Shown here: positions 25,214 through 34,333 of the stretch, one piece after another
How positions within the stretch are numbered: position 1 is the first letter of the stretch
Layout of the letters: the number at the start of each line of letters is the position of its first letter
Assembly: GCA_041650695.1 (NCBI GenBank)
Contig: JBAZKS010000020.1
Span: forward strand, 9,364-73,363
Length of the DNA stretch: 64,000 nt
Direction of reading: 5' to 3'
Source of the DNA: Elusimicrobiota bacterium
GTDB lineage: Bacteria > Elusimicrobiota > Elusimicrobia > UBA1565
The notes under the pieces: model-generated
Told to the model about the DNA's origin: nothing
What the model saw: only the letters and a program-made list of their open reading frames with translations
Database searches by the model: none
Made by a program: the position numbers and the translations under genes

Positions 25214-26457
25214 GCCTCGCCCTGACCATCCTTCTCGCGGCCGCTCCGTCCTTCGCCGCGGATTTGGACCGGCCGCTGACCTGGGAGGATTGCGTGGCCA
25301 TGGCTTCCGCGAGGAATCCGGAGCTGGCCGCTTCCGCTCTGAGCGTGGACTCGAGCCGCGCGTCCTTCTACGGGAGTTTTAACGGGCTTTTGCCCAAGCT
25401 CTCGCTGTCGAACAGCTACAGCGATTCCAAGGCCTCGGACGGCTCCTCCCGGTGGAGCGCGCAGGGCTCGCTCAGCATGGATGTCTTCAACATGGGGAGC
25501 GTGAACAGCGTGCGCTCGGCCTGGGCCGGACTGGGCCAAGCCCGGGCGAGCCAACGCTCGGCTTCCTCGAGCCTGCGCCTGAACCTGCGCAGAGCCTTCG
25601 CCCAGCTCCTCTTCGCGCAGAGGATCGTCGAAGTCTCCAGGAGCATACGCGATCTGCGGGACAAGGATTCCCAACTGGTGGTCCTGCGCTACGACTCCGG
25701 AAGAGAGTCCAAGGGCAACATGCTGCGCTCCAAAGCCCAAGTGCTTCAGGCGGAGGCGGACCTCTCCCAGGACCTGCGCGACCTGCGCACGGCCCAAAGG
25801 GCTTTGGACCGTTATCTGGGCATCGATGAGTTCTCCGCGGTGACGGCGAGCGGGACATTGGGGGCGCGGCCCGCTCCGGATTTTCCAAAGGATTTGAAAG
25901 CCCTCGCTGTCGGACGGCCGGACGTGGCCGTGCAGGAGGCCTCGGTGCGCAGCGCCCAGGTAGCCTTGAGCCAGTCCCGCGCCAGCCTTTGGCCTTCGGT
26001 CTCGGTCAACTATTCGCGCTCCAGGACCGGGAGGGAAGAGTTCCCGTACTCGCGCTACAACTGGAGCTTCGGCGGCTCCTTGAGCTATGCCCTGTTCGGC
26101 GGCGGGCCGACGGCGGCCTATTTCGCATCGGCCGCGTCCAAAAAGAGCCTGGAGAAAGCCCGGGAGGACCTCCGTTCCGTGCGCAATCAGGCCATGCTGG
26201 ACCTGGAGACCGCCTGGTCCCAGTATTCCGGAGCGGTCGAGCAGACCAAGGTGCAGGAGCTTCTGCTGGAAGCCGCCCGTCTGCGCAACTCCGAATCGGA
26301 TGTGCGCTACGAGAGCGGGCTGCTGAACTTCGAGAACTGGGAGACGATCGTCTCCGAACGCGTCAATTCCGAGCGCCAGGCCATCCAGGCCCAGCTCAGC
26401 GCCGCGCAGGCCGAGGCGGCCTGGGAAAAGGCCCTCGGCAAGGCTTTGGGAGAATAG
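25210..26457 (+). CDS. TolC-family outer-membrane efflux protein
   Basis: GTGA overlap start. Signal peptide SLALTILLAAAPSFAA. The two-repeat OEP pattern is present (LTWEDCVAMASARNPELAA...; second half LSQSRASLWPSVSVNYS...). Confidence 0.85.
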   Translation: MSLALTILLAAAPSFAADLDRPLTWEDCVAMASARNPELAASALSVDSSRASFYGSFNGLLPKLSLSNSYSDSKASDGSSRWSAQGSLSMDVFNMGSVNSVRSAWAGLGQARASQRSASSSLRLNLRRAFAQLLFAQRIVEVSRSIRDLRDKDSQLVVLRYDSGRESKGNMLRSKAQVLQAEADLSQDLRDLRTAQRALDRYLGIDEFSAVTASGTLGARPAPDFPKDLKALAVGRPDVAVQEASVRSAQVALSQSRASLWPSVSVNYSRSRTGREEFPYSRYNWSFGGSLSYALFGGGPTAAYFASAASKKSLEKAREDLRSVRNQAMLDLETAWSQYSGAVEQTKVQELLLEAARLRNSESDVRYESGLLNFENWETIVSERVNSERQAIQAQLSAAQAEAAWEKALGKALGE

Positions 26458-26458
26458 C

Positions 26459-27457
26459 ATGAAGAGAACGCTCGTCATCCTGGTCGGAGTCGTCATCCTG
26501 GCGGCCGCCGGGGCCTGGGTCTACCGCTCGCACCGCGCCAAGCCCGAGAGAGCGCGCGTCCGGGTCCTGGAGGTGCGCGAGGGCGACATCGAGGACACGG
26601 TCGACGCCACGGGAGGGGTCGCTCCCCTGAACCGGGTCGAGATCAAGCCTCCCATCTCGGGCCGCATCGAGCAGCTTCTGGTCGAAGAGGGGGCCTCGGT
26701 CAGGGCCGGACAGATCGTGGCCTGGATGAGCTCCAGCGACCGCGCGGCCATCCTGGACGCGGCTCGCGCCAAGGGCTCGGAGGAGCTCAAGCGGTGGGAG
26801 GATTCCTACAAGGCCACGCCCATCATCGCACCCCTCTCCGGGGTGGTCATCCTGCGCAACGCCGTGGTGGGCCAGACCGTGGACATGGGCACGGTCATCT
26901 ACGCCATGTCCGATTCCCTCATCGTGCTCGCCCAGGTGGATGAGTCCGACATCGGAAGGATCCGGGTGGGGATGCCCACCCGCATCTGGCTGGACTCCTA
27001 CCCCGACAACAAGGTCCCGGGCAAGGTCTTCGACATCCTCTTCGAGGGCAAGAATGTTTCCAACGTCATCACCTACGGGGTGAAGGTCAAGCCGGACAAG
27101 GTGCCGGACTTCTTCCGCTCCCAGATGACGGCCAACGTGAGGTTCATCGTGAAGCGCAAGGAGGGGGCTTTGCTTGTCCCGGCCATCGCGGTGCGCGAGC
27201 TCGGGGACGGGAGCAAGCAGGTCCTCGTCCCCGGCACGAACGGGAAGCCCGAGCCGCTGGCCGTGGAGACCGGCGTGGAGGACGGGGAGAACATCGAGAT
27301 CGTGTCGGGGTTGGAGTCCGGGGACCAGGTCGTCATCGCCCAGGGCCGGTACAAGCCGCAGCAGGCCATGGAAACGAGCCCGCTCGTGCCCACGGGTCCG
27401 AGAAGGGACCAGGGCCGGACCTCCGGGCAGGCTCCCAGGTCCAAGCGGAGCGAGTGA
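26459..27457 (+). CDS. macA: Periplasmic adaptor (membrane-fusion protein, MacA/HlyD family)
   Basis: The N-terminal anchor, barrel-sandwich/lipoyl-type segments (GGVAPLNRVEIKPPISGRIEQLLVEEGASVRAGQIVAWM; APLSGVVILRNAVVGQTV) and its position between TolC and MacB support the call. Confidence 0.8.
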   Translation: MKRTLVILVGVVILAAAGAWVYRSHRAKPERARVRVLEVREGDIEDTVDATGGVAPLNRVEIKPPISGRIEQLLVEEGASVRAGQIVAWMSSSDRAAILDAARAKGSEELKRWEDSYKATPIIAPLSGVVILRNAVVGQTVDMGTVIYAMSDSLIVLAQVDESDIGRIRVGMPTRIWLDSYPDNKVPGKVFDILFEGKNVSNVITYGVKVKPDKVPDFFRSQMTANVRFIVKRKEGALLVPAIAVRELGDGSKQVLVPGTNGKPEPLAVETGVEDGENIEIVSGLESGDQVVIAQGRYKPQQAMETSPLVPTGPRRDQGRTSGQAPRSKRSE

Positions 27458-29412
27458 TGGCCATCATCGAGCTCGAGGGCATCTCGCGCTCCTATTGGGT
27501 CGGGGGCGAGGAGCTGAAAGTCCTCAAAGGGGTCTCGCTCAAGATCGAGGAAGGGGAGTTCGTGGCCATCATGGGGCCTTCCGGCTCCGGCAAGTCCACC
27601 CTGATGCAGATCATCGGACTGCTGGACCGCCCGACAGGAGGGATGTATCGCCTGCTGGGCCTCGACGTGTCCCGGCTCAGCGACGACGAGGGCGCTGCCC
27701 TGCGCTCGAAGACCATCGGCTTCATCTTCCAGATGTTCAACCTGCTCTCCCGGACGAGCGCAAAGGACAACGTCGAGCTCCCCATGATCTACTCCGGGAC
27801 TCCGGACAGGAGGAGCCGCGCGGAGAAGCTCCTCTCCGAGGTGGGCCTCGCGGACCGGATGGAGCACCGGCCGAACGAGCTTTCCGGCGGCCAGCAGCAG
27901 AGGGTGGCCATCGCGCGGTCCTTGGTCAACCATCCCAGGATCATCTTCGCGGACGAGCCCACGGGCAACCTGGCTTCGGACCAGGCCGACGAGATCCTCG
28001 CCATCCTGGAGCGCCTGAACCGGGAGGGCATCACCGTGGTCATGGTGACGCACGAGCCGGACATCGCGGCGCACGCCAGGCGCATCATCCGCTTGAAGGA
28101 CGGGGTCGTGGTGTCGGATGAGACACATGCGCCTCACGCCGCTCCAAAGGCGGCGCAGTGCGGCGCCGCTCCCGCGGCGGCCGCCCGGCTCCATCTCGCT
28201 GAGTTCAGGGAGTACGCGGCCTCGGCCCTGCGGGCCATGGCTGCCAACAAGGTGCGCACCGGCCTCTCCATGCTCGGCATCCTCATCGGCGTGGCCGCGG
28301 TCATCGCCATGCTCGCCGTGGGGCAGGGCGCGCAGAAGGCCGTGGAGAAGAGGCTCGCGAGCCTCGGCTCGAACCTCCTCGTGCTGCACCCGGGCTCGCC
28401 CCAGTCCCAAGGGGTGCGCGGCGCGGCCGGCTCCGCGAGCCGGTTGACGGTGGAGGACGTGAAGGCCATCAGCCGGGTGAGCCCCCACATCACCGGGGTG
28501 GACGGGAACGTGGAGGGGAACGTGCAGGTGGTGTACCAGGGCAAGAACGCCAATATCCGGGCCACGGGGGCGGGGACGCTCTACGCCAGGATGAGGAACT
28601 CGGAGCCCTACTACGGCCGCTTCTTCACGGAGGTCGAGGGCCAGCGCCTCGACCGGGTCTGCCTGCTGGGGCAGACCACGGTCAACAACCTCTTCGGCAA
28701 GGACGACCCGGTGGGGAAGGTCATCAAGGTCAACCGCGTCAATTTCAAGGTCATCGGCATCCTCCCCTTGAAGGGGTCCGGCGGGTTCCGGGACCAGGAC
28801 GACACCATCCTGATGCCGCTCGGCACGGCCATGAAGAGGATCCTGGGCAAGAAGTATCTCAACGACATCGCCATCGAGTGCAGCTCCGCGGAGGTCATGC
28901 CCCAGGTCATCGCCGAGGTCCAGGGCCTCATGCGGGCGCGCCATCACCTCCCCGACTACAAAGAAGACGATTTCAGCATCCGGAACATGGCGGAGTTCCA
29001 GGCCGCCCTCGCAGGGACCACGCAGACCTTCACGATGCTGCTGGGCATCGTGGCCGCGATCTCGCTTCTCGTCGGCGGCATCGGCATCATGAACATCATG
29101 CTGGTCTCGGTGAGCGAGCGCACGCGCGAGATCGGTCTGCGCAAGGCGGTGGGAGCGGCGCGGCGCGCCATCCTGTGGCAGTTCCTCATGGAGTCCGCCG
29201 TGCTCTCCACGGCCGGCGGGATCATCGGGATCCTCCTCGGCGTCTCGGTCTCGCTCATCCTCTCGAGTCTCGCGGGCTGGGCCGCGGTGGTCTCGCCTCA
29301 GGCCGTGGCCCTGGCCTTCGTGTTCTCCGCCGGGGTCGGGGTCGTGTTCGGGTTCTGGCCCGCGCGCAAGGCCTCGCTGCTCTCTCCTATCGAGGCGCTG
29401 CGGTACGAATAA
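27457..29412 (+). CDS. macB: MacB-type ABC transporter (fused ATPase + FtsX-type permease)
   Basis: Walker A GPSGSGKST, signature LSGGQQQRVAIARSL, Walker B IIFADEPTGNL, then four TM segments with a large periplasmic loop. An in-frame GTG at 27454 (GTGA overlap) is an alternative start. Confidence 0.92.
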   Translation: MAIIELEGISRSYWVGGEELKVLKGVSLKIEEGEFVAIMGPSGSGKSTLMQIIGLLDRPTGGMYRLLGLDVSRLSDDEGAALRSKTIGFIFQMFNLLSRTSAKDNVELPMIYSGTPDRRSRAEKLLSEVGLADRMEHRPNELSGGQQQRVAIARSLVNHPRIIFADEPTGNLASDQADEILAILERLNREGITVVMVTHEPDIAAHARRIIRLKDGVVVSDETHAPHAAPKAAQCGAAPAAAARLHLAEFREYAASALRAMAANKVRTGLSMLGILIGVAAVIAMLAVGQGAQKAVEKRLASLGSNLLVLHPGSPQSQGVRGAAGSASRLTVEDVKAISRVSPHITGVDGNVEGNVQVVYQGKNANIRATGAGTLYARMRNSEPYYGRFFTEVEGQRLDRVCLLGQTTVNNLFGKDDPVGKVIKVNRVNFKVIGILPLKGSGGFRDQDDTILMPLGTAMKRILGKKYLNDIAIECSSAEVMPQVIAEVQGLMRARHHLPDYKEDDFSIRNMAEFQAALAGTTQTFTMLLGIVAAISLLVGGIGIMNIMLVSVSERTREIGLRKAVGAARRAILWQFLMESAVLSTAGGIIGILLGVSVSLILSSLAGWAAVVSPQAVALAFVFSAGVGVVFGFWPARKASLLSPIEALRYE

Positions 29413-30349
29413 GGGCTTCGCCGAACAGGCGATGGAAGAGCCCGTCGAAGCGGCAGGTGAGGACCGACCTGAGAATCATCAGGTCGGTCTCCCATTGCGG
29501 GACCATGATGACGCGCGCGGGATCGAGGGGGTTCCCCGCCCGAAGGCGAGCGATGGTCTTGAGCCCCAAGAGTATGGGCCAGGCGCAGGCCAGGCGCAGG
29601 CGCCAGAGCGAGGGGGGGAAGGCCATCGTGTACTCCCAGCCGGCCTCCAGATGGCCCACGGCCGTGTCGAGCCAGGCGGAGTAGCGCTCCCGGATGGAGT
29701 CGAAGGACGCGGGGTCGAGCAAGGGCTTGGGATCCTGGATGGGCAGGTAGCAGCGGCCGATCCTCAGGTCCCGGGGCATGTCCCTGAGCACGTTGACGAG
29801 TTGGAGCCCCTTGCCGAAGCGCACGCCGAGGCGGCACATGGCTTCCACGTCCCAGGAGCGCAGCTCCGGCAGGTGCAGGGCGCACATGCGGGTCCAGAAA
29901 TCCCCCACGCACCCGGCCACCATGTAGGTGTAGCGGTCCAACTCCGCGTCGTCCGACAGGGCTTGGAGGCTCCCCGGGAAGCGTTCGATGTCGAAGATCT
30001 GCCCGGCCACGATGGTGTCCAGGAGCTTGTCGATGAGCTCGCGGTCCGCCGCGGGGAGGGAGGCCTTGAGGCTCACGCACTCATCGAGCCTCTCCAGGAG
30101 CTCGCGTTCGGCCGGCAGGGCCTGGTCCGCCGCGAGTCCGCGGATGGACTCGGTACGCCCTTGCCGCATGTCCCGCAGCAGGCCCAGACGCTTCTCGCGC
30201 GGGACGACCTGGGTGTCCGCGACCGTATCGCTCGCGCGGGCGAGGAGATAGGCGACGGAGATCCGGGGCCGAAGCTCCTGGGGCAGCACGCGCAGGGTCA
30301 GGTAGAAGGAGCGCGATACTCCGCGCAGAAGAGGCATCAGGGAGCGCAT
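29387..30349 (-). CDS. Squalene/phytoene synthase family protein
   Basis: VSRSFYLTLRVLP is present, with two Asp-rich motifs (ASDTVAD and RDMPRDLRIGRCYLP). The 3' end overlaps the convergent macB by 26 nt. The product (squalene, presqualene or other) cannot be decided. Confidence 0.7.
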   Translation of the reverse strand: MRSLMPLLRGVSRSFYLTLRVLPQELRPRISVAYLLARASDTVADTQVVPREKRLGLLRDMRQGRTESIRGLAADQALPAERELLERLDECVSLKASLPAADRELIDKLLDTIVAGQIFDIERFPGSLQALSDDAELDRYTYMVAGCVGDFWTRMCALHLPELRSWDVEAMCRLGVRFGKGLQLVNVLRDMPRDLRIGRCYLPIQDPKPLLDPASFDSIRERYSAWLDTAVGHLEAGWEYTMAFPPSLWRLRLACAWPILLGLKTIARLRAGNPLDPARVIMVPQWETDLMILRSVLTCRFDGLFHRLFGEALIRTAAPR

Positions 30350-30355
30350 GAACGC

Positions 30356-31867
30356 TTATTTTACCGCTTCCAGGGCCGCGGCGAGCTGTCCGGCCGAGGG
30401 GAAGCGGCCGGCCGGGTCCGGGTCCAGGGCCTTGGCGAGCACCGCGTCCAGGGCCGCCGGAAGGCCCAGCGGCTTGGCCAGGGGGGCGTAGCGCCGCGTG
30501 CGCTTCTGCTCCAGGTAGTTCGGCCCGTCGAAAGGGATCCTGCCGGAGAGCATCTCGTAGCACATCACGCCCAGAGCGAAGATGTCCGCCTTCACCGTCA
30601 CCTCGCCGAGCTCCTGCTCCGGCGCCATGTAGGGGGGCGTGCCCCAGGCCGAGGTGCGCGAGAGCTTGGCCAATGTCTTCTTGGCCTGGTACGCGATGCC
30701 GAAGTCCATGACCTTGAGCACCCCCTTGGGGGTAAGCATGATGTTCGAGGGCTTGAGGTCTCTGTGTACGATCTTCGCGGCGTGGGCGTAGTCCAGGGCC
30801 AGCGCGACCTGGCGCAGGGCCCCCTGCACGTGCGCCAGGGGCATGCGCTTGGCGCGGGCGAGATAGCGGTTGAGGGGCTCGCCCGGGACGTGCTCGAAGA
30901 CGAGAAAGAGCTGTCCTCCCTCGCGGGTGACTGCGAATATCTCCACGATGTTGGGGTGGCGCAGTGCTGCGACGAAGCGGGCCTCGCGCAGGAAGAGCTC
31001 GAGCTCCTGGGGGTCCTGGGCCACGCCGCCGTGCATGCGCTTGATGGCGACCTTGCGCTGGAGCGCGGTGTCCAGGGCCTCGTAGACCACCCCCATGCCT
31101 CCCCGGCCGAGCTCGCGCTCGATGCGGTAGCTGCCGGCCAGGATCGCGCCCGGGGCGAGGTTATCCGGCAGCGGGCCCGTGGGAGCGGGCCGGGTGCTCA
31201 GGCGCGCGGTCATCTCATGTTCCAGGGAGCGCACGCGCCTGGAGTAGCGCCAGGCGAAGGTCGCGCCTAGAAGCGTCAGGAGCGATACGGCCGCGGCGAC
31301 CCAGCGGAGCTGCCTTCGCTGCAGCTGCCTGGCTTTTTCGAAGGACCGGAATCCCTCCTCCTCGTTCTTGACGGTCGCCGCGGCGAGCTGGACGAAGCTG
31401 TTGACCTGCATGGAGAAGCGTTCGAACTCCAGGTTGCCGATGAACTTGAGCGGCGCGTCCGCGGAGAGCTGTCCGGTGGAGGCGAGCTGGCGCATGCCCT
31501 TCTGGAGTTCGCGCGCCTCCCAGGACTTGCGCAAGAGGCTGAACGTCTTGCTCTTCTCTTCGATGACGTCGAGCGCCAGGCCGATTCGGGTGCGGAGGTC
31601 CTGGCGTTCCCGGAGCAGCGCGTCCCAGCTCGCGGCGCGCTGATACTGCTGGGGCATGCCGCTGAGCCGGTCCAGCAGGGGCTGGGCTTCGCCCAGGAGC
31701 GTCTCCAACTGCTTCTTGAGCTCCGTGATCTCGTCGGGGGGGCCTTCGAGGCTGCGCTTGGCCCCGTCCGGCGACTGGAAACGGAGAGTCTGTTCGAGCG
31801 GGGCGGCGAAGACGGAGAGGGAGCCTGTCAGCAGGATGACGGGGAGCCCGTTCAGGCGGCGGAACAT
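30356..31867 (-). CDS. Receptor-topology Ser/Thr protein kinase (signal peptide, helical ectodomain, TM, C-terminal kinase)
   Basis: Signal peptide MFRRLNGLPVILLTGSLSVFAAP and TM (WVAAAVSLLTLLGATFAW) are present. The kinase motifs are intact: GRGGMG, VAIK, HRDLKPSN, DFG, APE. Confidence 0.88.
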   Translation of the reverse strand: MFRRLNGLPVILLTGSLSVFAAPLEQTLRFQSPDGAKRSLEGPPDEITELKKQLETLLGEAQPLLDRLSGMPQQYQRAASWDALLRERQDLRTRIGLALDVIEEKSKTFSLLRKSWEARELQKGMRQLASTGQLSADAPLKFIGNLEFERFSMQVNSFVQLAAATVKNEEEGFRSFEKARQLQRRQLRWVAAAVSLLTLLGATFAWRYSRRVRSLEHEMTARLSTRPAPTGPLPDNLAPGAILAGSYRIERELGRGGMGVVYEALDTALQRKVAIKRMHGGVAQDPQELELFLREARFVAALRHPNIVEIFAVTREGGQLFLVFEHVPGEPLNRYLARAKRMPLAHVQGALRQVALALDYAHAAKIVHRDLKPSNIMLTPKGVLKVMDFGIAYQAKKTLAKLSRTSAWGTPPYMAPEQELGEVTVKADIFALGVMCYEMLSGRIPFDGPNYLEQKRTRRYAPLAKPLGLPAALDAVLAKALDPDPAGRFPSAGQLAAALEAVK

Positions 31868-31956
31868 GGTTCGTCGGAAAGTATATAAGTTTTCAGCGCT
31901 AGGCCCTTGCGAATTCCATCAATACAAGGCATATTTGTGTGTACGGAGGCCGCCAA

Positions 31957-32997
31957 ATGCCAGAGAGCACCGTGCTCATCATCGATGACGACCAGACCCT
32001 GGTCGCGGCGCTGAAGGAGGGCCTCGAGAGCCTCGGCTACAAGGTCTCGGCCGCGTACGACGGCGTGCAGGGCATCCTTCAGGCGCACCAGGGCAGGCCC
32101 CAGGTCATCATGCTGGACTTCAACATGCCGGCAGGAGGGGGCGCGGGCGTCTACGAACGTCTGCGCGGGTCCGTGGATACGGCCAGGATCCCCATCATTT
32201 TTTTGACCGGGGCCACTGTGGATGACGTCAAGAAACAGATCCGCTCCACCCCCAACACATATTTCTTGAAGAAACCGGTCTCCGTGTCCCAGCTGCGCAA
32301 GGTGCTCGAGAAGATCCTCGGAGCCCAGAAATTGGGCGGGCAGCCCGCGACCGCGTCTCCGGCCGCGGGCATCGAGCCCGCGGCAACCGGGGATGCCCCG
32401 TTCGCCGGTCTGGTCATGCCGGGTCCGGGAGGAACTCCGCAGGCGGCGAAGCCTCCTGCTGCGGCCCCTCCGCCCCCAGCCCCCCTTCCGAAGGCCAAGG
32501 CGCCCGCGAGCAAGCCCTTGGGGCGTCCCGCGCCTGCTCCCGCCCCCGCCCCGCAGACGCCTGCGCCCGCTGGCGCGCCCGGGAAGTCCTACGAGTTCGA
32601 GCTCAGGGCGTCCTACGCGGACACGGACCGGCTCGGCATCGTCTACTACGCCAACTACTTCAAGTACTTCGAGGTGGGCCGCACCGAGCTCCTGCGCATG
32701 ATGGGCGTACGCTACCGGGACCTGGAGATGGAGCGCCATCTGTTCATGCCGGCCGTGGAGACGCGGTGCGAATACCTCGCCCCGGCCCATTACGACGAGG
32801 TCCTGCGGGTGAAGACCTGGATCTCCTGGATGGGCCCCGCGAGCCTTTGTTTTCAGAACGAGATCTACGACAAGGACTCCCACGACAAGCTCATCGCCCG
32901 GGGATTCTCGAGGCACGCGGTGCTCAACGAGTACTGGAAGCCGACGCGCCTTCCCAAGGATCTCAGGGAGCTCTTCTCCCGATTCATGATCCGCTAG
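31957..32997 (+). CDS. Response-regulator receiver fused to a 4HBT/YbgC-type acyl-CoA thioesterase via a Pro/Ala-rich linker
   Basis: GGAGG lies 7 nt upstream of ATG 31957. Receiver motifs: VLIIDDD, VIMLDFNMP, IFLTG, LKKP. A ~95-aa P/A linker follows. The hotdog-fold thioesterase region is YEFELRASYADTDRLGIVYYANYFKYFEVGRTELLR. Confidence 0.8.
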   Translation: MPESTVLIIDDDQTLVAALKEGLESLGYKVSAAYDGVQGILQAHQGRPQVIMLDFNMPAGGGAGVYERLRGSVDTARIPIIFLTGATVDDVKKQIRSTPNTYFLKKPVSVSQLRKVLEKILGAQKLGGQPATASPAAGIEPAATGDAPFAGLVMPGPGGTPQAAKPPAAAPPPPAPLPKAKAPASKPLGRPAPAPAPAPQTPAPAGAPGKSYEFELRASYADTDRLGIVYYANYFKYFEVGRTELLRMMGVRYRDLEMERHLFMPAVETRCEYLAPAHYDEVLRVKTWISWMGPASLCFQNEIYDKDSHDKLIARGFSRHAVLNEYWKPTRLPKDLRELFSRFMIR

Positions 32998-33038
32998 GCT
33001 GCGGACCGGGCCTCAACGCACATCCTGAGGATGCCCAG

Positions 33039-33109
33039 TCCCATGGCCCGTCCGGACCATGGGAGCAGCCTGGCCCTGCGGTACCGAGCCTTCCGATACG
33101 GCTCGGTGC
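33039..33109. other. Two stable GC hairpins in a 199-bp convergent spacer (no U-tracts)
   Basis: Hairpin A: TCCCATGG (33039-33046) pairs with CCATGGGA (33057-33064). Hairpin B: ACCGAGCC (33083-33090) pairs with GGCTCGGT (33100-33107), extendable by two pairs. Neither is followed by T-runs on either strand. Confidence 0.5.
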
Positions 33110-33196
33110 GGTACGGCACCGTGTCCCTCTGGAAGACGTTGGACACGTGTGCCGGGCCATGGGATATAGGAGTTGCGTCAGCGCGTGGGCTGAGAC

Positions 33197-34333
33197 TCAG
33201 ACGTAGGGCAGTCTGGCCCCGGCGACGGCTTCGCGCGGGGCGGTCTGCGTCTCGCTCGTGTACCAGTCCCACGCTACGACGACGAGCGCTTTGATGACGC
33301 AGGCGGCCGGGACCGCGAAGAGCAGGCCCACGAAGCCGAAGAGCTTCCCTCCCACCAGCAGGGCCAGCAGGAAGAGCATCGGATGCAGGTGCATCGAGTG
33401 CTTGGCGATGAAGGGCTGCAGCAGGGCTTCGTCCGCGAGCCGGATCCCGATGAAGAGCGCCGCGACCTGCAGGGGCACCCAGATGTTGTTGTACTGGAAA
33501 AAGGCGACCAGGGCCCCCACCACGACGCCGAGCACGGCCCCGCCGTATGGGATGACGCTGGCCACGCCGGAGAGCGTGGCGATGGCCAGGGCGTAGTTCA
33601 CCCCCAGGATGACGAGGCCGAAATAGGACGCCACGCTGATGGCGAGCATGAGGATGAGCAGGCCCCGGATGTAGTTGCCGAGCGAGGATTCCACTTCGCT
33701 GAAGATGTGCAGGGCCTGCTCCACGTGCCGGCTGGGGCAGAGCTGGATGAACCGCTGCAGCACCGCCGGGGCGTCCAGCAGGACGAAGAAGGTGATGAAG
33801 GGGACGAGGAAGAGCAAGGAGAACAGGGGGACCAGACTCAGCACGTAGGAGGGCACTTTTGGGAGCTGTTCCAGCACCGGCTGGTAGAGCTTCAGGCTTC
33901 CGCCGCCCGATAGCTTCTCGGCGGGGATGAGGGGCAGGCGTTTGAGCACTCCCTCTTGGAAGGTGCCGAGGATCTCATGCATCTTCTGATAGTAGCCGGG
34001 GACCTTGGCTTGCAGGAGGTCGAGTTCGGCGCTCACGGCCGGAAAGAGGATGTTCGCCGCGGCCATGAGCGCGAGGAAGACCACGAGGTAGAGCAGCACG
34101 ATGATGTGGCTCCGCCGCAGCCCCCGCACCTCGAAGTAGTTGACCAAGGGGTTGAGCAGGAATGCCAGCGCGAGGCTCAGGGCGAATGGGACCAGAACCT
34201 CATGGAGCCGGTAGGCGACGAGGAGCAGCGCGGCGACGACGGCCACGACCCATAACGGAGGCGCGGGAGGATGGCGGCCCAGGGTCGGGCGTCCGACCGG
34301 CGGAGGGGCTTCGGGATGGTGGCGCGCCTTCAA
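33197..34333 (-). CDS. AI-2E family (PerM/UPF0118) transporter
   Basis: About 8 TM helices are present, with the family-typical N-terminal region (LVPFALSLALAFLLNPLVNYF) and C-terminal LLGGKLFGFVGLLFAVP. ATGA overlap with the upstream gene. Confidence 0.85.
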   Translation of the reverse strand: MKARHHPEAPPPVGRPTLGRHPPAPPLWVVAVVAALLLVAYRLHEVLVPFALSLALAFLLNPLVNYFEVRGLRRSHIIVLLYLVVFLALMAAANILFPAVSAELDLLQAKVPGYYQKMHEILGTFQEGVLKRLPLIPAEKLSGGGSLKLYQPVLEQLPKVPSYVLSLVPLFSLLFLVPFITFFVLLDAPAVLQRFIQLCPSRHVEQALHIFSEVESSLGNYIRGLLILMLAISVASYFGLVILGVNYALAIATLSGVASVIPYGGAVLGVVVGALVAFFQYNNIWVPLQVAALFIGIRLADEALLQPFIAKHSMHLHPMLFLLALLVGGKLFGFVGLLFAVPAACVIKALVVVAWDWYTSETQTAPREAVAGARLPYV

